Shown here one piece after another: positions 53,300-61,406 of a stretch of DNA of 64,000 bases. The position numbers and the translations under genes were made by a program. This DNA is from Deltaproteobacteria bacterium (lineage in GTDB: Bacteria > Desulfobacterota > Syntrophobacteria > BM002), in NCBI GenBank assembly GCA_020353155.1, contig CP070689.1, forward strand, positions 3,105,299-3,169,298. Reading direction: 5' to 3'. Below the pieces are notes generated by a model, which saw only the letters and a program-made list of their open reading frames with translations, was not told the DNA's origin and did not search any database. Numbering within the stretch: position 1 is the stretch's first letter; every line of letters begins with the position of its first letter.

Positions 53300-53836
53300 A
53301 TGAAAAAGGTTTGGTCCATTGCCAAAGCATCTGTCATGCTGCTACTCCTCGGATGCACGACCATTCCTGATGGCCTGCAACCAGTGACAGGCTTCGAGCT
53401 TGAAAGGTATCTGGGCAAATGGTACGAGATCGCCAGGCTTGATCACTCCTTCGAGCGCAACCTATCCAAAGTGACTGCCCAGTACTCCCTGAGGCAGGAT
53501 GGTGGGGTTGAGGTGGTGAACCAGGGTTTTAACCAGAAATCCGGTAAGTGGGAGATGGTTACCGGTAAAGCCTACTTTATTGGAAAAGAAAGTGTTGGTA
53601 GTCTCAAGGTATCCTTTTTCGGCCCCTTTTATGGTGGTTATCACATCATTGCCTTAGACCAGCAAGATTACAGGTACGCCATGGTTACGGGTCCGAGTCG
53701 TTCATATCTCTGGATTTTATCGAGGGACATGACCTTGGACAATGTCATACTATTAGAACTTGTCGGCAAGGCCAAGCAATGGGGCTTCGAGACAGATAAG
53801 CTCATCTATGTAGACCATAACCTGTCTGAAACATAA
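53300..53836 (+). CDS. blc: bacterial lipocalin (Blc-like outer-membrane lipoprotein)
   Basis: Lipobox LLLGC and the lipocalin signature LERYLGKWYEIARLDHSFER. ATG at 53300. Confidence 0.85.
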   Translation: MKKVWSIAKASVMLLLLGCTTIPDGLQPVTGFELERYLGKWYEIARLDHSFERNLSKVTAQYSLRQDGGVEVVNQGFNQKSGKWEMVTGKAYFIGKESVGSLKVSFFGPFYGGYHIIALDQQDYRYAMVTGPSRSYLWILSRDMTLDNVILLELVGKAKQWGFETDKLIYVDHNLSET

Positions 53837-53930
53837 CTATAAGCCGGACGCAACCAACTCGTGTCGAAGACATACTAGTAAGAGTAGTATTGACAGATGG
53901 CTGCAAAAAAGTGTGGTGAGGAGCATGCTC

Positions 53931-55694
53931 ATGGATCGGCCTAAACTTTTGCTTACCACGGTATTCGGACCATACGGCATAAAGAACAAATATGCCGAAG
54001 GTGTCGGTATGCAGATGGAACTCTTTAACAACCAAATTACTCGCGAACAGGGTGTGCATTCACCCCGGGCAAATTACTGGACCTTTCCCCTTTACTTCCT
54101 GGCAGAAAACCTCTCCGCCGTTCCCACAACTGTACTCGATTTTCCTACCTGGAAAGACTACATCAGAGAACTGAAAAAAGGATACACCCATGTGGGTATT
54201 TCCTTTACCCAGCAAAATGTTATCAAAGCGAAGAGAATGACTAAGTATCTGCGAGAACAGTATCCGGAAACGAACATCATCTTGGGCGGCTATGGCACCA
54301 TGCTACCTGACCTGGAGGATATTGTTCCCTGTGATGAGATTTGCCGGGGGGAAGGAGTAGGCTGGCTTCGAGAATACTTCGGCGAAAATCCTGAGGCACC
54401 GATCAAGCATCCTATAATGCACGGTGTTTCTCAGAAGTACCTCTACGGTTTCAGAGACGTCATCGATGATAGCGGGGTGCTCTTTCCGGGACTCGGCTGC
54501 ACCAATGGTTGTTTTTTCTGTTCCACTTCAAACAAATTCAACAACTCTTACATTGCCTTTTTGCCCACAGGAGAATCAGTTTTTGCAGTGTGCAGAGAGG
54601 CGCAAGAAAAGTTAGGTGTCGAAGGCTTCGCCATCCTTGATGAGAACTTTCTCAAAATGCCAGAGAGGGCGCGGGATTTATTGGTAGAAATGGAACAACA
54701 CCGCCGGCCTTACTCCTTTGCCATGTTCTCCTCGGCAGAAACCATAGCTGAAGTAGGAGTGGACTTCCTAGTCAGGCTCGGCGTTTGTCTTATTTGGGTG
54801 GGGGTTGAATCTAAAAAGACCATCTTCTCCAAGGTAAAAGACATCGATGTCCACTCCCTGATTGCTGAGTTGCAAGCCAAGGGTATTACGGTGATTTCGT
54901 CATCGATTCTTTTTGTGGAGCACCATGACAAAGTGACCCTTGAAGAGGAGATCAACTGGGCAATTGGGCTGGGTACAGATCTTCATCAGTTTATGCAGCT
55001 CATACCGTTTCCGGGAACGCCCCTATACAGTAAGTACGTTGCTGAGGGGAAGATGATCCCTGACTTTCCTTACACCAAGCTGCACGGACAGGATGAACTG
55101 GCCTTCTACCATCCACATTTCACCAGCAAAGAGGCAGGAAGAATCACCCGGGAGGCTTTTCGCAAGAAGTATGAAACGGACGGACCAGGTGTCCTAAACA
55201 TGGCCCTTACAGTCATTCGTGGCTACAAAAGGGCGAAGGGGGATATGAAGTCCAGGGAAGAAGCGGGGCTATTTTGGAATCCCCAAACTCTCCGCTACGA
55301 AAGATCGACCGGCTATCAAATTGATGAATTTATGAATCTTCGGATTGAGCAAATGCGCCAGCGCGCCCTCGAATTTCGTCCTTTGATTCCGAGTGCCAGG
55401 ATTTTCGCTCCCAATAATGGTTCTCGCAAAAAGGCCGCACAGGCAGCCGCACTCTATAATGAAACCCTCGGAAAGCCCACGCTAAGGGAGCGTATCAGAT
55501 CCTACGGGCTTGTCTGCTTCGCCACTATTGAATGGTTGCGTATCCGAGTAAGGAGACTTTTCAGTAGAGGGGAAATTGTGCGACAACCTCTAACCTGCAG
55601 GGTGGAGTACAACAGCGAGTGCTCCAACTTCTCACCGGTTGAAACGTCAAAAATCCCATCTGGTCTGCAACACCGCTGTAATCTTTCAAGTTAG
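53931..55694 (+). CDS. B12-binding-domain radical SAM enzyme (class B)
   Basis: N-terminal cobalamin-domain-like HVGISF...IILGGYG, then the CTNGCFFC (CxxxCxxC) cluster motif near residue 190. The start is ATG 53931 (or 53925) after the GGTGAGGAG RBS. Confidence 0.8.
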   Translation: MDRPKLLLTTVFGPYGIKNKYAEGVGMQMELFNNQITREQGVHSPRANYWTFPLYFLAENLSAVPTTVLDFPTWKDYIRELKKGYTHVGISFTQQNVIKAKRMTKYLREQYPETNIILGGYGTMLPDLEDIVPCDEICRGEGVGWLREYFGENPEAPIKHPIMHGVSQKYLYGFRDVIDDSGVLFPGLGCTNGCFFCSTSNKFNNSYIAFLPTGESVFAVCREAQEKLGVEGFAILDENFLKMPERARDLLVEMEQHRRPYSFAMFSSAETIAEVGVDFLVRLGVCLIWVGVESKKTIFSKVKDIDVHSLIAELQAKGITVISSSILFVEHHDKVTLEEEINWAIGLGTDLHQFMQLIPFPGTPLYSKYVAEGKMIPDFPYTKLHGQDELAFYHPHFTSKEAGRITREAFRKKYETDGPGVLNMALTVIRGYKRAKGDMKSREEAGLFWNPQTLRYERSTGYQIDEFMNLRIEQMRQRALEFRPLIPSARIFAPNNGSRKKAAQAAALYNETLGKPTLRERIRSYGLVCFATIEWLRIRVRRLFSRGEIVRQPLTCRVEYNSECSNFSPVETSKIPSGLQHRCNLSS

Positions 55695-55700
55695 TGCGGC

Positions 55701-56984
55701 CTAAACAACAAGGGGCGGTAATAGTGATGGGCGGCGGCAAAGGGGTTTAGTGAGAAGCATCTGTACGTCACCCAGGTAGCGCTCGGCAAAGCCAGCCTCG
55801 CAGTAACAAAGATAATAATCCCACATGCGAATGAAGGTCTCTGGATAGCCAAGATCGAGCACTTTGTCTAGGTTGGCAAAGAACCTTTGCCTCCAGGTTT
55901 GGAGGGTTCTGGCATAGTGAGTAGTTATATCCTCTAAGTGGAAAAGCTTTAAGTCGCTGGCGCGGGCAAGGGATCTACATATGGCCGTAATAGAGGGTAT
56001 GCAGCTTCCCGGAAAGATGTAGCGTTTGATGAAGTCTACACTCCGTTTGTGCCGGTCAAAAACTTGGTCTGCAATAGTTATGGCCTGAAGGAGCATCATG
56101 CCGTCTTCTTTCAAAAGTTTGCTACAAGAGCGGAAAAATGTGTCCAAATACTTATGGCCCACGGCCTCTATCATTTCGATGGAAACCAGCTTGTCGTACT
56201 TACCTCTAAGATCCCGATAATCCTCCAACAGCAGTTCTACCCTATGGGCCACTCCGGCTTTGTCGATTAGCTCTTTTGCCAGATCATATTGGGCTGTGGA
56301 AATTGTGGTTGTGGTTATGCGGCAGCCATAATTCTGTACTGCGTAGATGGCAAAACCACCCCAGCCAGAGCCGATTTCAACTACATGATCTTTTGAGGAC
56401 AGATCCAGCTTCTGGCAGATACGAGCGTATTTCGTCATGGACGCCTCTTTGAGGGTGCTGTCCTCGCACTCGAATATGCCGCAGGAGTAAGTGAGGGTCT
56501 CGTCGAGAAAGAGCTTATAGAAGTCGTTTCCCAGGTCGTAATGGGCAGCGATGTTGAGTCGACTTCCCTTTTTTGTGTTGCTCCGAAAAAGATGATAAAT
56601 CATGTGGAGAGGAGCTGTGAGCCAGGCCAGACCTTTTTCCATTGACTCCAGAACTCCTTGATTCAAGATGATGATACGCACCACCGTGGTCAAGTCATCG
56701 GTTGACCAGTAGCCTGCCATGAAAGCCTCGCTGGCGCCAATACTGCCGCCAAATACTATGGAGCTATAGAAGCGGGGATGATGAACGGTGATTGTGGCTT
56801 CAAGGGGGAATTGGCTGTTTTTTTCGCCGAAAAGACGACGGACAGAGCTGTCGATTATAGTGAGTTCTCCCCATCGCAGACCACGGAGGAGCGAAAAAAG
56901 TAATTTTTTTGCCAGCTGATCAAACCGACTTGGTTTAGTCTGCTCAATAGCTGAAGCTTCTGCTGGCACAATGGAGTCAGTCAT
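55701..56984 (-). CDS. cfa: cyclopropane-fatty-acyl-phospholipid-synthase-family SAM methyltransferase
   Basis: 427 aa. AHYDLGNDFY, SAM site VVEIGSGWGGFAIYA, and a C-terminal YLCYCEAGF motif. Confidence 0.85.
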   Translation of the reverse strand: MTDSIVPAEASAIEQTKPSRFDQLAKKLLFSLLRGLRWGELTIIDSSVRRLFGEKNSQFPLEATITVHHPRFYSSIVFGGSIGASEAFMAGYWSTDDLTTVVRIIILNQGVLESMEKGLAWLTAPLHMIYHLFRSNTKKGSRLNIAAHYDLGNDFYKLFLDETLTYSCGIFECEDSTLKEASMTKYARICQKLDLSSKDHVVEIGSGWGGFAIYAVQNYGCRITTTTISTAQYDLAKELIDKAGVAHRVELLLEDYRDLRGKYDKLVSIEMIEAVGHKYLDTFFRSCSKLLKEDGMMLLQAITIADQVFDRHKRSVDFIKRYIFPGSCIPSITAICRSLARASDLKLFHLEDITTHYARTLQTWRQRFFANLDKVLDLGYPETFIRMWDYYLCYCEAGFAERYLGDVQMLLTKPLCRRPSLLPPLVV

Positions 56985-56987
56985 AAT

Positions 56988-57746
56988 CTACTCTCTTTTG
57001 TCTGGGTGGACATAAAAAGGCACCCCCTTGGACCATAACCTAAGGGCCTGGAGATAAATCATAGTGGTGACCTTGAGGGTCATGAAGGGATAGGCCAATA
57101 AGACTCTGTTTAAACCATAGCTGTCAATCTCCCTTCGATTCAGGGTCAAGGTAGCATCGAAAAGCTTTTTCCCCTTTTCAAAGTTGTTCATATGCACACT
57201 CAATAGTTTGCCCGGCTCTCTAAATCTCCAATCATACCATATATCCATATCCATAAAGGGTGAGACGTGGAAATTCTTGCTGAACTGATAGCGCTTCCAC
57301 CCCCTAACAGGATGCTCATTCAGCTCCTCAGCAAGAACGTAGCAATATTCTTCACCCCACGGGGTGTTGTGAATCTCAACCACCATGGTTTCAACCTGCT
57401 GGCCTGATTGGTCATAACAGTAATAAAAACTTACAGGATTGAAACAGTACCCGAAGTATCTCAAGTGAGTGAGCATACGAATAGGGCCGGTGACCCGTTT
57501 TTGCAATCGATCTTCCACAAGGTCACTGACAGCTTGCTGGAGAGGAACTCTCGGGTCGCCCAGGTGATCGCGACGGCGTAGATAAGCAAGATTAACCCGA
57601 TCATGCGACCAGATAATATTCCTCTGGAACAGCCCCGGCAGTTCCTCCAGGTCTAGGAACATAAAAAAAACACGATAACGAAAGGAGTTCTCCACCGGAC
57701 GGAAGCGACGGTGGCGAACATGACCCTCGTAGATGCAGCTATTCAT
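56988..57746 (-). CDS. DUF1365-family protein
   Basis: 252 aa. The N-terminus CIYEGHVRHRRFRPVENSFRYRVFFMFLDLEEL is the characteristic DUF1365 opening. Confidence 0.8.
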   Translation of the reverse strand: MNSCIYEGHVRHRRFRPVENSFRYRVFFMFLDLEELPGLFQRNIIWSHDRVNLAYLRRRDHLGDPRVPLQQAVSDLVEDRLQKRVTGPIRMLTHLRYFGYCFNPVSFYYCYDQSGQQVETMVVEIHNTPWGEEYCYVLAEELNEHPVRGWKRYQFSKNFHVSPFMDMDIWYDWRFREPGKLLSVHMNNFEKGKKLFDATLTLNRREIDSYGLNRVLLAYPFMTLKVTTMIYLQALRLWSKGVPFYVHPDKRE

Positions 57747-57748
57747 GT

Positions 57749-58993
57749 TTAAATGGTTTTTCCGAAATGTTCACACACAGCCAGAGCACTGTTGACGCCG
57801 TCTTCATGGAATCCATAACCCCAGTAGGCACCGCAGAAATAGGTGCGATTGACACCGTTTATCTCCAGGCGACGCTTCTGGGCCATAAGACCCTGGGGTG
57901 TGTAAACTGGATGGTGATAGATGAACTCTCGAATGATCTTGCTTCGATCAATAATCTCAGGACGATTTAGGGTTACGCAGAAATCAGTCTGAGAGGTGAG
58001 GCTTTGGAGCATATTCATGTAATAGGTTAGAGCTACCCGCCCCAGTTCCTCCTGGGGAATAAGGTAGTTCCAGCTTGCCCAGGCGGCTTTTCTCTTAGGA
58101 AGAAGAGAGGAGTCAGTATGCAAGGTGGTGACATTTTCCTGATATGGGATTGATTCTAAAATCTCCTTTTCGGCATCAACCGGATCGGCCAGCATGGCAA
58201 GGGCCTGATCGCTGTGTGTTGCTATTACGACCTGATCAAACCTCTCAGGGTCACCATGACGCGGTATTATCTCCACCTGGTCAGGATGACGCTTTATCGA
58301 CTCCACCGGGCAATTGAGTCGCACTTTTTCTCTGTATGGCCTGGTAAGGGGTTCGACATAGCTCCTTGAGCCACCTTTGATTACCTGCCACTGGGGTTGG
58401 TCTTTCACGTTAAGGAATCCGTGGTTGTTGAAAAACTGGACAAAAGAATGGGCTGGAAACTCTTTGAATTTCTTGGGATCGGCCGACCATATGGCCGCGC
58501 CCATGGGGATGATGAAATGATTGATAAAGGGCCGAGAGTATCTTTTTTCCGCCAAGTAACCTCCGAGGGTAGTTTCGTAGTCCTTTGAGCGCAAAATTTC
58601 TTGAGCCTCCCGACGAAAGCGAAACACCTCAAAGAGCATACGGTAAAAAGAGGGGCGAAAGAGATTTCTTCTCTGGGCAAAGAGGGAATTCAGGGTGCTG
58701 GGGCAATACTCCAAGCCGGTTAGTTCACACTGCACACTGAAGCTCATGTTGGAAGGTTGATAGGTTACGCCCAACCGCTCCATCAGTTTGACAAAATTGG
58801 GGTAGTTTTCCTTGTTGAAAACTATGAAGCCGGTATCTACCCTATAATTCGCGCCATTGAGCTCAACATCCATAGTGTTGGTATGCCCACCAATGTAATC
58901 GTTTGCCTCGAAAACAACCACGTCGTGGTCTTCACACAACAGGTGGGCAGCAACCATTCCTGAAATACCAGCACCGACAATGGCGATTCTCAT
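57749..58993 (-). CDS. NAD(P)/FAD-dependent oxidoreductase (amine-oxidase/phytoene-desaturase-like)
   Basis: 414 aa. Dinucleotide fold MRIAIVGAGISGMVAAHLL. It is the first gene of the FAD-ox/DUF1365/cfa operon, with gaps of 2-3 nt. Confidence 0.85.
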   Translation of the reverse strand: MRIAIVGAGISGMVAAHLLCEDHDVVVFEANDYIGGHTNTMDVELNGANYRVDTGFIVFNKENYPNFVKLMERLGVTYQPSNMSFSVQCELTGLEYCPSTLNSLFAQRRNLFRPSFYRMLFEVFRFRREAQEILRSKDYETTLGGYLAEKRYSRPFINHFIIPMGAAIWSADPKKFKEFPAHSFVQFFNNHGFLNVKDQPQWQVIKGGSRSYVEPLTRPYREKVRLNCPVESIKRHPDQVEIIPRHGDPERFDQVVIATHSDQALAMLADPVDAEKEILESIPYQENVTTLHTDSSLLPKRKAAWASWNYLIPQEELGRVALTYYMNMLQSLTSQTDFCVTLNRPEIIDRSKIIREFIYHHPVYTPQGLMAQKRRLEINGVNRTYFCGAYWGYGFHEDGVNSALAVCEHFGKTI

Positions 58994-59018
58994 AGAAAAT
59001 CTACCTCAGGTGTCTAAT

Positions 59019-59147
59019 ATGGGTGATTGGCGATGGGTAATGGGGCATAGGTAGTGGATTATGGGATGTCTCTTACCTATTACCTAACGCGACGCTATTC
59101 TTTATGCTTTTAAAAATCCGCCATCCGAATTCCACAATCCGAAATCT
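59019..59147. repeat. word arrays (GGGTGATTGGCGATGGGTAATGGGG... versus CTTACCTATTACCTAAC; then AAATCCGCCATCCGAATTCCACAATCCGAAATC)
   Basis: A C-poor left tract, a complementary right tract, then an AATCCG-family array. It lies between the VWA gene and the FAD-oxidoreductase operon. Confidence 0.6.
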
Positions 59148-59166
59148 ACGGGCTGCTAGCTGCGAG

Positions 59167-60402
59167 CTAGCCCTGAGCCTGTCGAAGGGCTGCTATCTGC
59201 CTGCTTGCTTTTCTCGGTGGTGCCCCGGTATTCAGCCATTCCACCGACCGTCTTATGCCGGCCAGGGTGAGATCTTCCATGGGAAAGATCTCGCCTATTT
59301 GATAAATGGTCTGGCTTTCCTGAGGCCATCGGTTTCGGGGGATGGGGTTGAGCCACACGCTGTGACCGAAGTAGTTGCGCACTTGCCAGAGCCAGTCCCG
59401 TCCGGGCACTCTCACCTTGGAAAAATAATCCATAGCACCGTCGGAGAGCATGAGCTCGGCCGGAGCCATGTTGGCGTCACCTATGATGATCACCCGAGTT
59501 TCAGGGTCCCGTCTTAACATCTGGTAGATGGGATAGGGAGTCAAACGTTGGGGATCACTGTAGACGCAGCCGTAGATGCAGTTGTGGAAATAGTAGTAGT
59601 CCAGGTCCTTGAACTGATCGCGCATGAGGCCAAAGACCAGCTTTACCAGATCCAAATAAGGTCGCATGGAGGCGCCACCATTGTCCAACAATACCATAAG
59701 TTCAATGCGATCTTTCAATTCTCTTCTAAATACCAGTTCGATCTCCCCCCCGTTTCTGCAAGATTGATCTATGGTCTCATCAACATCTAGTTCGGTTGGT
59801 GGACCTGCCGGAGCCATGTGTTTGAGTGCCGCCAATACCTGGCGGAGGTTTTCGGCCCGCAGGGTAGCACTGGCAGTATAATCCACATATCGACGACCTT
59901 CTATCACCTTCAGGGCGGAGCCGTACAGGGAGTCGCCGTATACTCTAATTCCTTCCTGATCGCCACCGGAGTGACCAAAGTGGGAGGTTCCGCCTGTACC
60001 GACCCAGGTGGCACCGCCCTGGTGTTCTCCTCTCTGCTCCAGGGCGACTTCCCAGAAGCGCTGGAGCAGTTCCGACAGTGACAGTCGTTCCAGGGCGTCG
60101 TCCGGCAGAGAACCCTTGCCGATCTCTTCTTCCAGCCAGCGACGAAACAGGGTGTTCTCCCACTCCTGCCGGGAAAATCTTGTCCCCTCTGCCCCTTCAG
60201 TGCCAAAAAAATAGGCAGCGAAAGCTTGCTCAAAAACATCGAAATGCTCCACTTTCTTGACGAAAATCAGTCTCATCAAGAGAAAGAGCCGATCAAGGTC
60301 TGGGGCAAGTCCCTTCTTTAAGGCCTGATAGAATTCCAGTACGTATTTCAGGCTTACCGGAATACCCTGGTCGCGCAACTGGTAAAAGAAAGGAAGGAAC
60401 AT
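59167..60402 (-). CDS. VWA-domain protein of the CoxE type
   Basis: 411 aa. The N-terminal pattern FYQLRDQGIPVSLKYVLEFYQAL is typical of VWA_CoxE. The C-terminal region is VWA-like (LMVLLDNGGSM-like LLDNGGASM). Confidence 0.75.
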   Translation of the reverse strand: MFLPFFYQLRDQGIPVSLKYVLEFYQALKKGLAPDLDRLFLLMRLIFVKKVEHFDVFEQAFAAYFFGTEGAEGTRFSRQEWENTLFRRWLEEEIGKGSLPDDALERLSLSELLQRFWEVALEQRGEHQGGATWVGTGGTSHFGHSGGDQEGIRVYGDSLYGSALKVIEGRRYVDYTASATLRAENLRQVLAALKHMAPAGPPTELDVDETIDQSCRNGGEIELVFRRELKDRIELMVLLDNGGASMRPYLDLVKLVFGLMRDQFKDLDYYYFHNCIYGCVYSDPQRLTPYPIYQMLRRDPETRVIIIGDANMAPAELMLSDGAMDYFSKVRVPGRDWLWQVRNYFGHSVWLNPIPRNRWPQESQTIYQIGEIFPMEDLTLAGIRRSVEWLNTGAPPRKASRQIAALRQAQG

Positions 60403-60410
60403 GGCTGTCT

Positions 60411-61235
60411 CTAAGGTTTCTCTCGCTCAACGCCCTTGTGATGCAGCAAGTCCTGGGTACGCTTTAACAGGGTTCCGAGAAAAGGAACTGTATCTGGAGA
60501 AAGTGGTGGTTTCACGCCGTCGAGCTGCAAGGCGCCAAGCCAATCTAGCAGTTCTGCTGTGGCAGGTGGTTTTTCAAATCCCTGTTCTCTTAGATGATAG
60601 AAGATTGCCAGGGCCGAATCCATCAAGGGTGCCGAAATTTCAGGGTAGTGTAGCCGAACAATGCGGCTCATTTCTTCCATGTCCGGAAAGGGAATGTGAT
60701 GGCAATAGCAGCGCCGGAGGAAAGGATCGGAGAGCTCCCTTTTGGCATTGCTTGTAATGACGATGACAGGCATATATTTTGCCTTCACCTTATAATTTAT
60801 CTCACGAATGATGAAAGATCCATCTTCCAGCACGTCCAATAAGTTGTCTTGAGTGTCCGAATCAGTCTTGTCTATCTCGTCCAACAGAAGAACCCGCCTT
60901 TCGTCTGACATGAAAGCACGACCAATAGGACCGAAATTCAAATAATCCCAAATATTGTTAACATCTCTGCCGCTTTCTTCAGTGCCGAACCTCGAATCGT
61001 TGAGACGCAAGACCGTATCATAGACGTAGCAGAGTTCTTCTCCTTTAAAAGTCGACTTGCATCGAGCCTCTTCCAGGGTCAAGTCCAGAGCCCGAGAAAT
61101 TTGGAAGGCCAATTGAGTCTTGCCGGTGCCAGCCTCGCCAGTGACCAGCAAAGGTTTATCCATGGCCATGGCGATGTTGACAATTTCTTTTAGCTCGGGG
61201 TTGAGGTAGTATTTGTCAGTGCCATGAAACTGCAT
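60411..61235 (-). CDS. MoxR-like AAA+ ATPase (AAA_5)
   Basis: 274 aa. Walker A GEAGTGKTQLA and Walker B LLLDEIDK. It is paired with the downstream VWA gene. Confidence 0.85.
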   Translation of the reverse strand: MQFHGTDKYYLNPELKEIVNIAMAMDKPLLVTGEAGTGKTQLAFQISRALDLTLEEARCKSTFKGEELCYVYDTVLRLNDSRFGTEESGRDVNNIWDYLNFGPIGRAFMSDERRVLLLDEIDKTDSDTQDNLLDVLEDGSFIIREINYKVKAKYMPVIVITSNAKRELSDPFLRRCYCHHIPFPDMEEMSRIVRLHYPEISAPLMDSALAIFYHLREQGFEKPPATAELLDWLGALQLDGVKPPLSPDTVPFLGTLLKRTQDLLHHKGVEREKP

Positions 61236-61406
61236 TCATCCCTCTCTTATGGTTTTTGTCATGTTTTCCAAAGGTTAAGGTTATTCTAGCGAATTGAAAG
61301 GAAAAATGCAATTAAACCTCCTGTTTTTTGCATTGCCACCATGGGGCTACATACTTATAGTTAAGAGAGTCGACCCGAGAGGAAAAACTTGCCAAGGGAA
61401 GAAGTG

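Noticed and set aside
53140-53418. Minus-strand 92-aa ORF between DUF2062 and blc
   Set aside because: It overlaps the 5' end of the well-supported lipocalin gene on the opposite strand, and it has no RBS or motif.
53837-53930. Cobalamin riboswitch upstream of the B12-radical-SAM gene
   Set aside because: The spacer is only about 95 nt, contains no B12-box-like sequence, and is too short for the riboswitch.
59167-61235. MoxR-VWA pair as an anti-phage / NTP-dependent conflict system
   Set aside because: There are only two genes, of the plain AAA_5 plus CoxE-type VWA kind. There are no effector, STAND, TIR or nuclease partners, and no other defence genes nearby. A chaperone or maturation role is the conservative reading.
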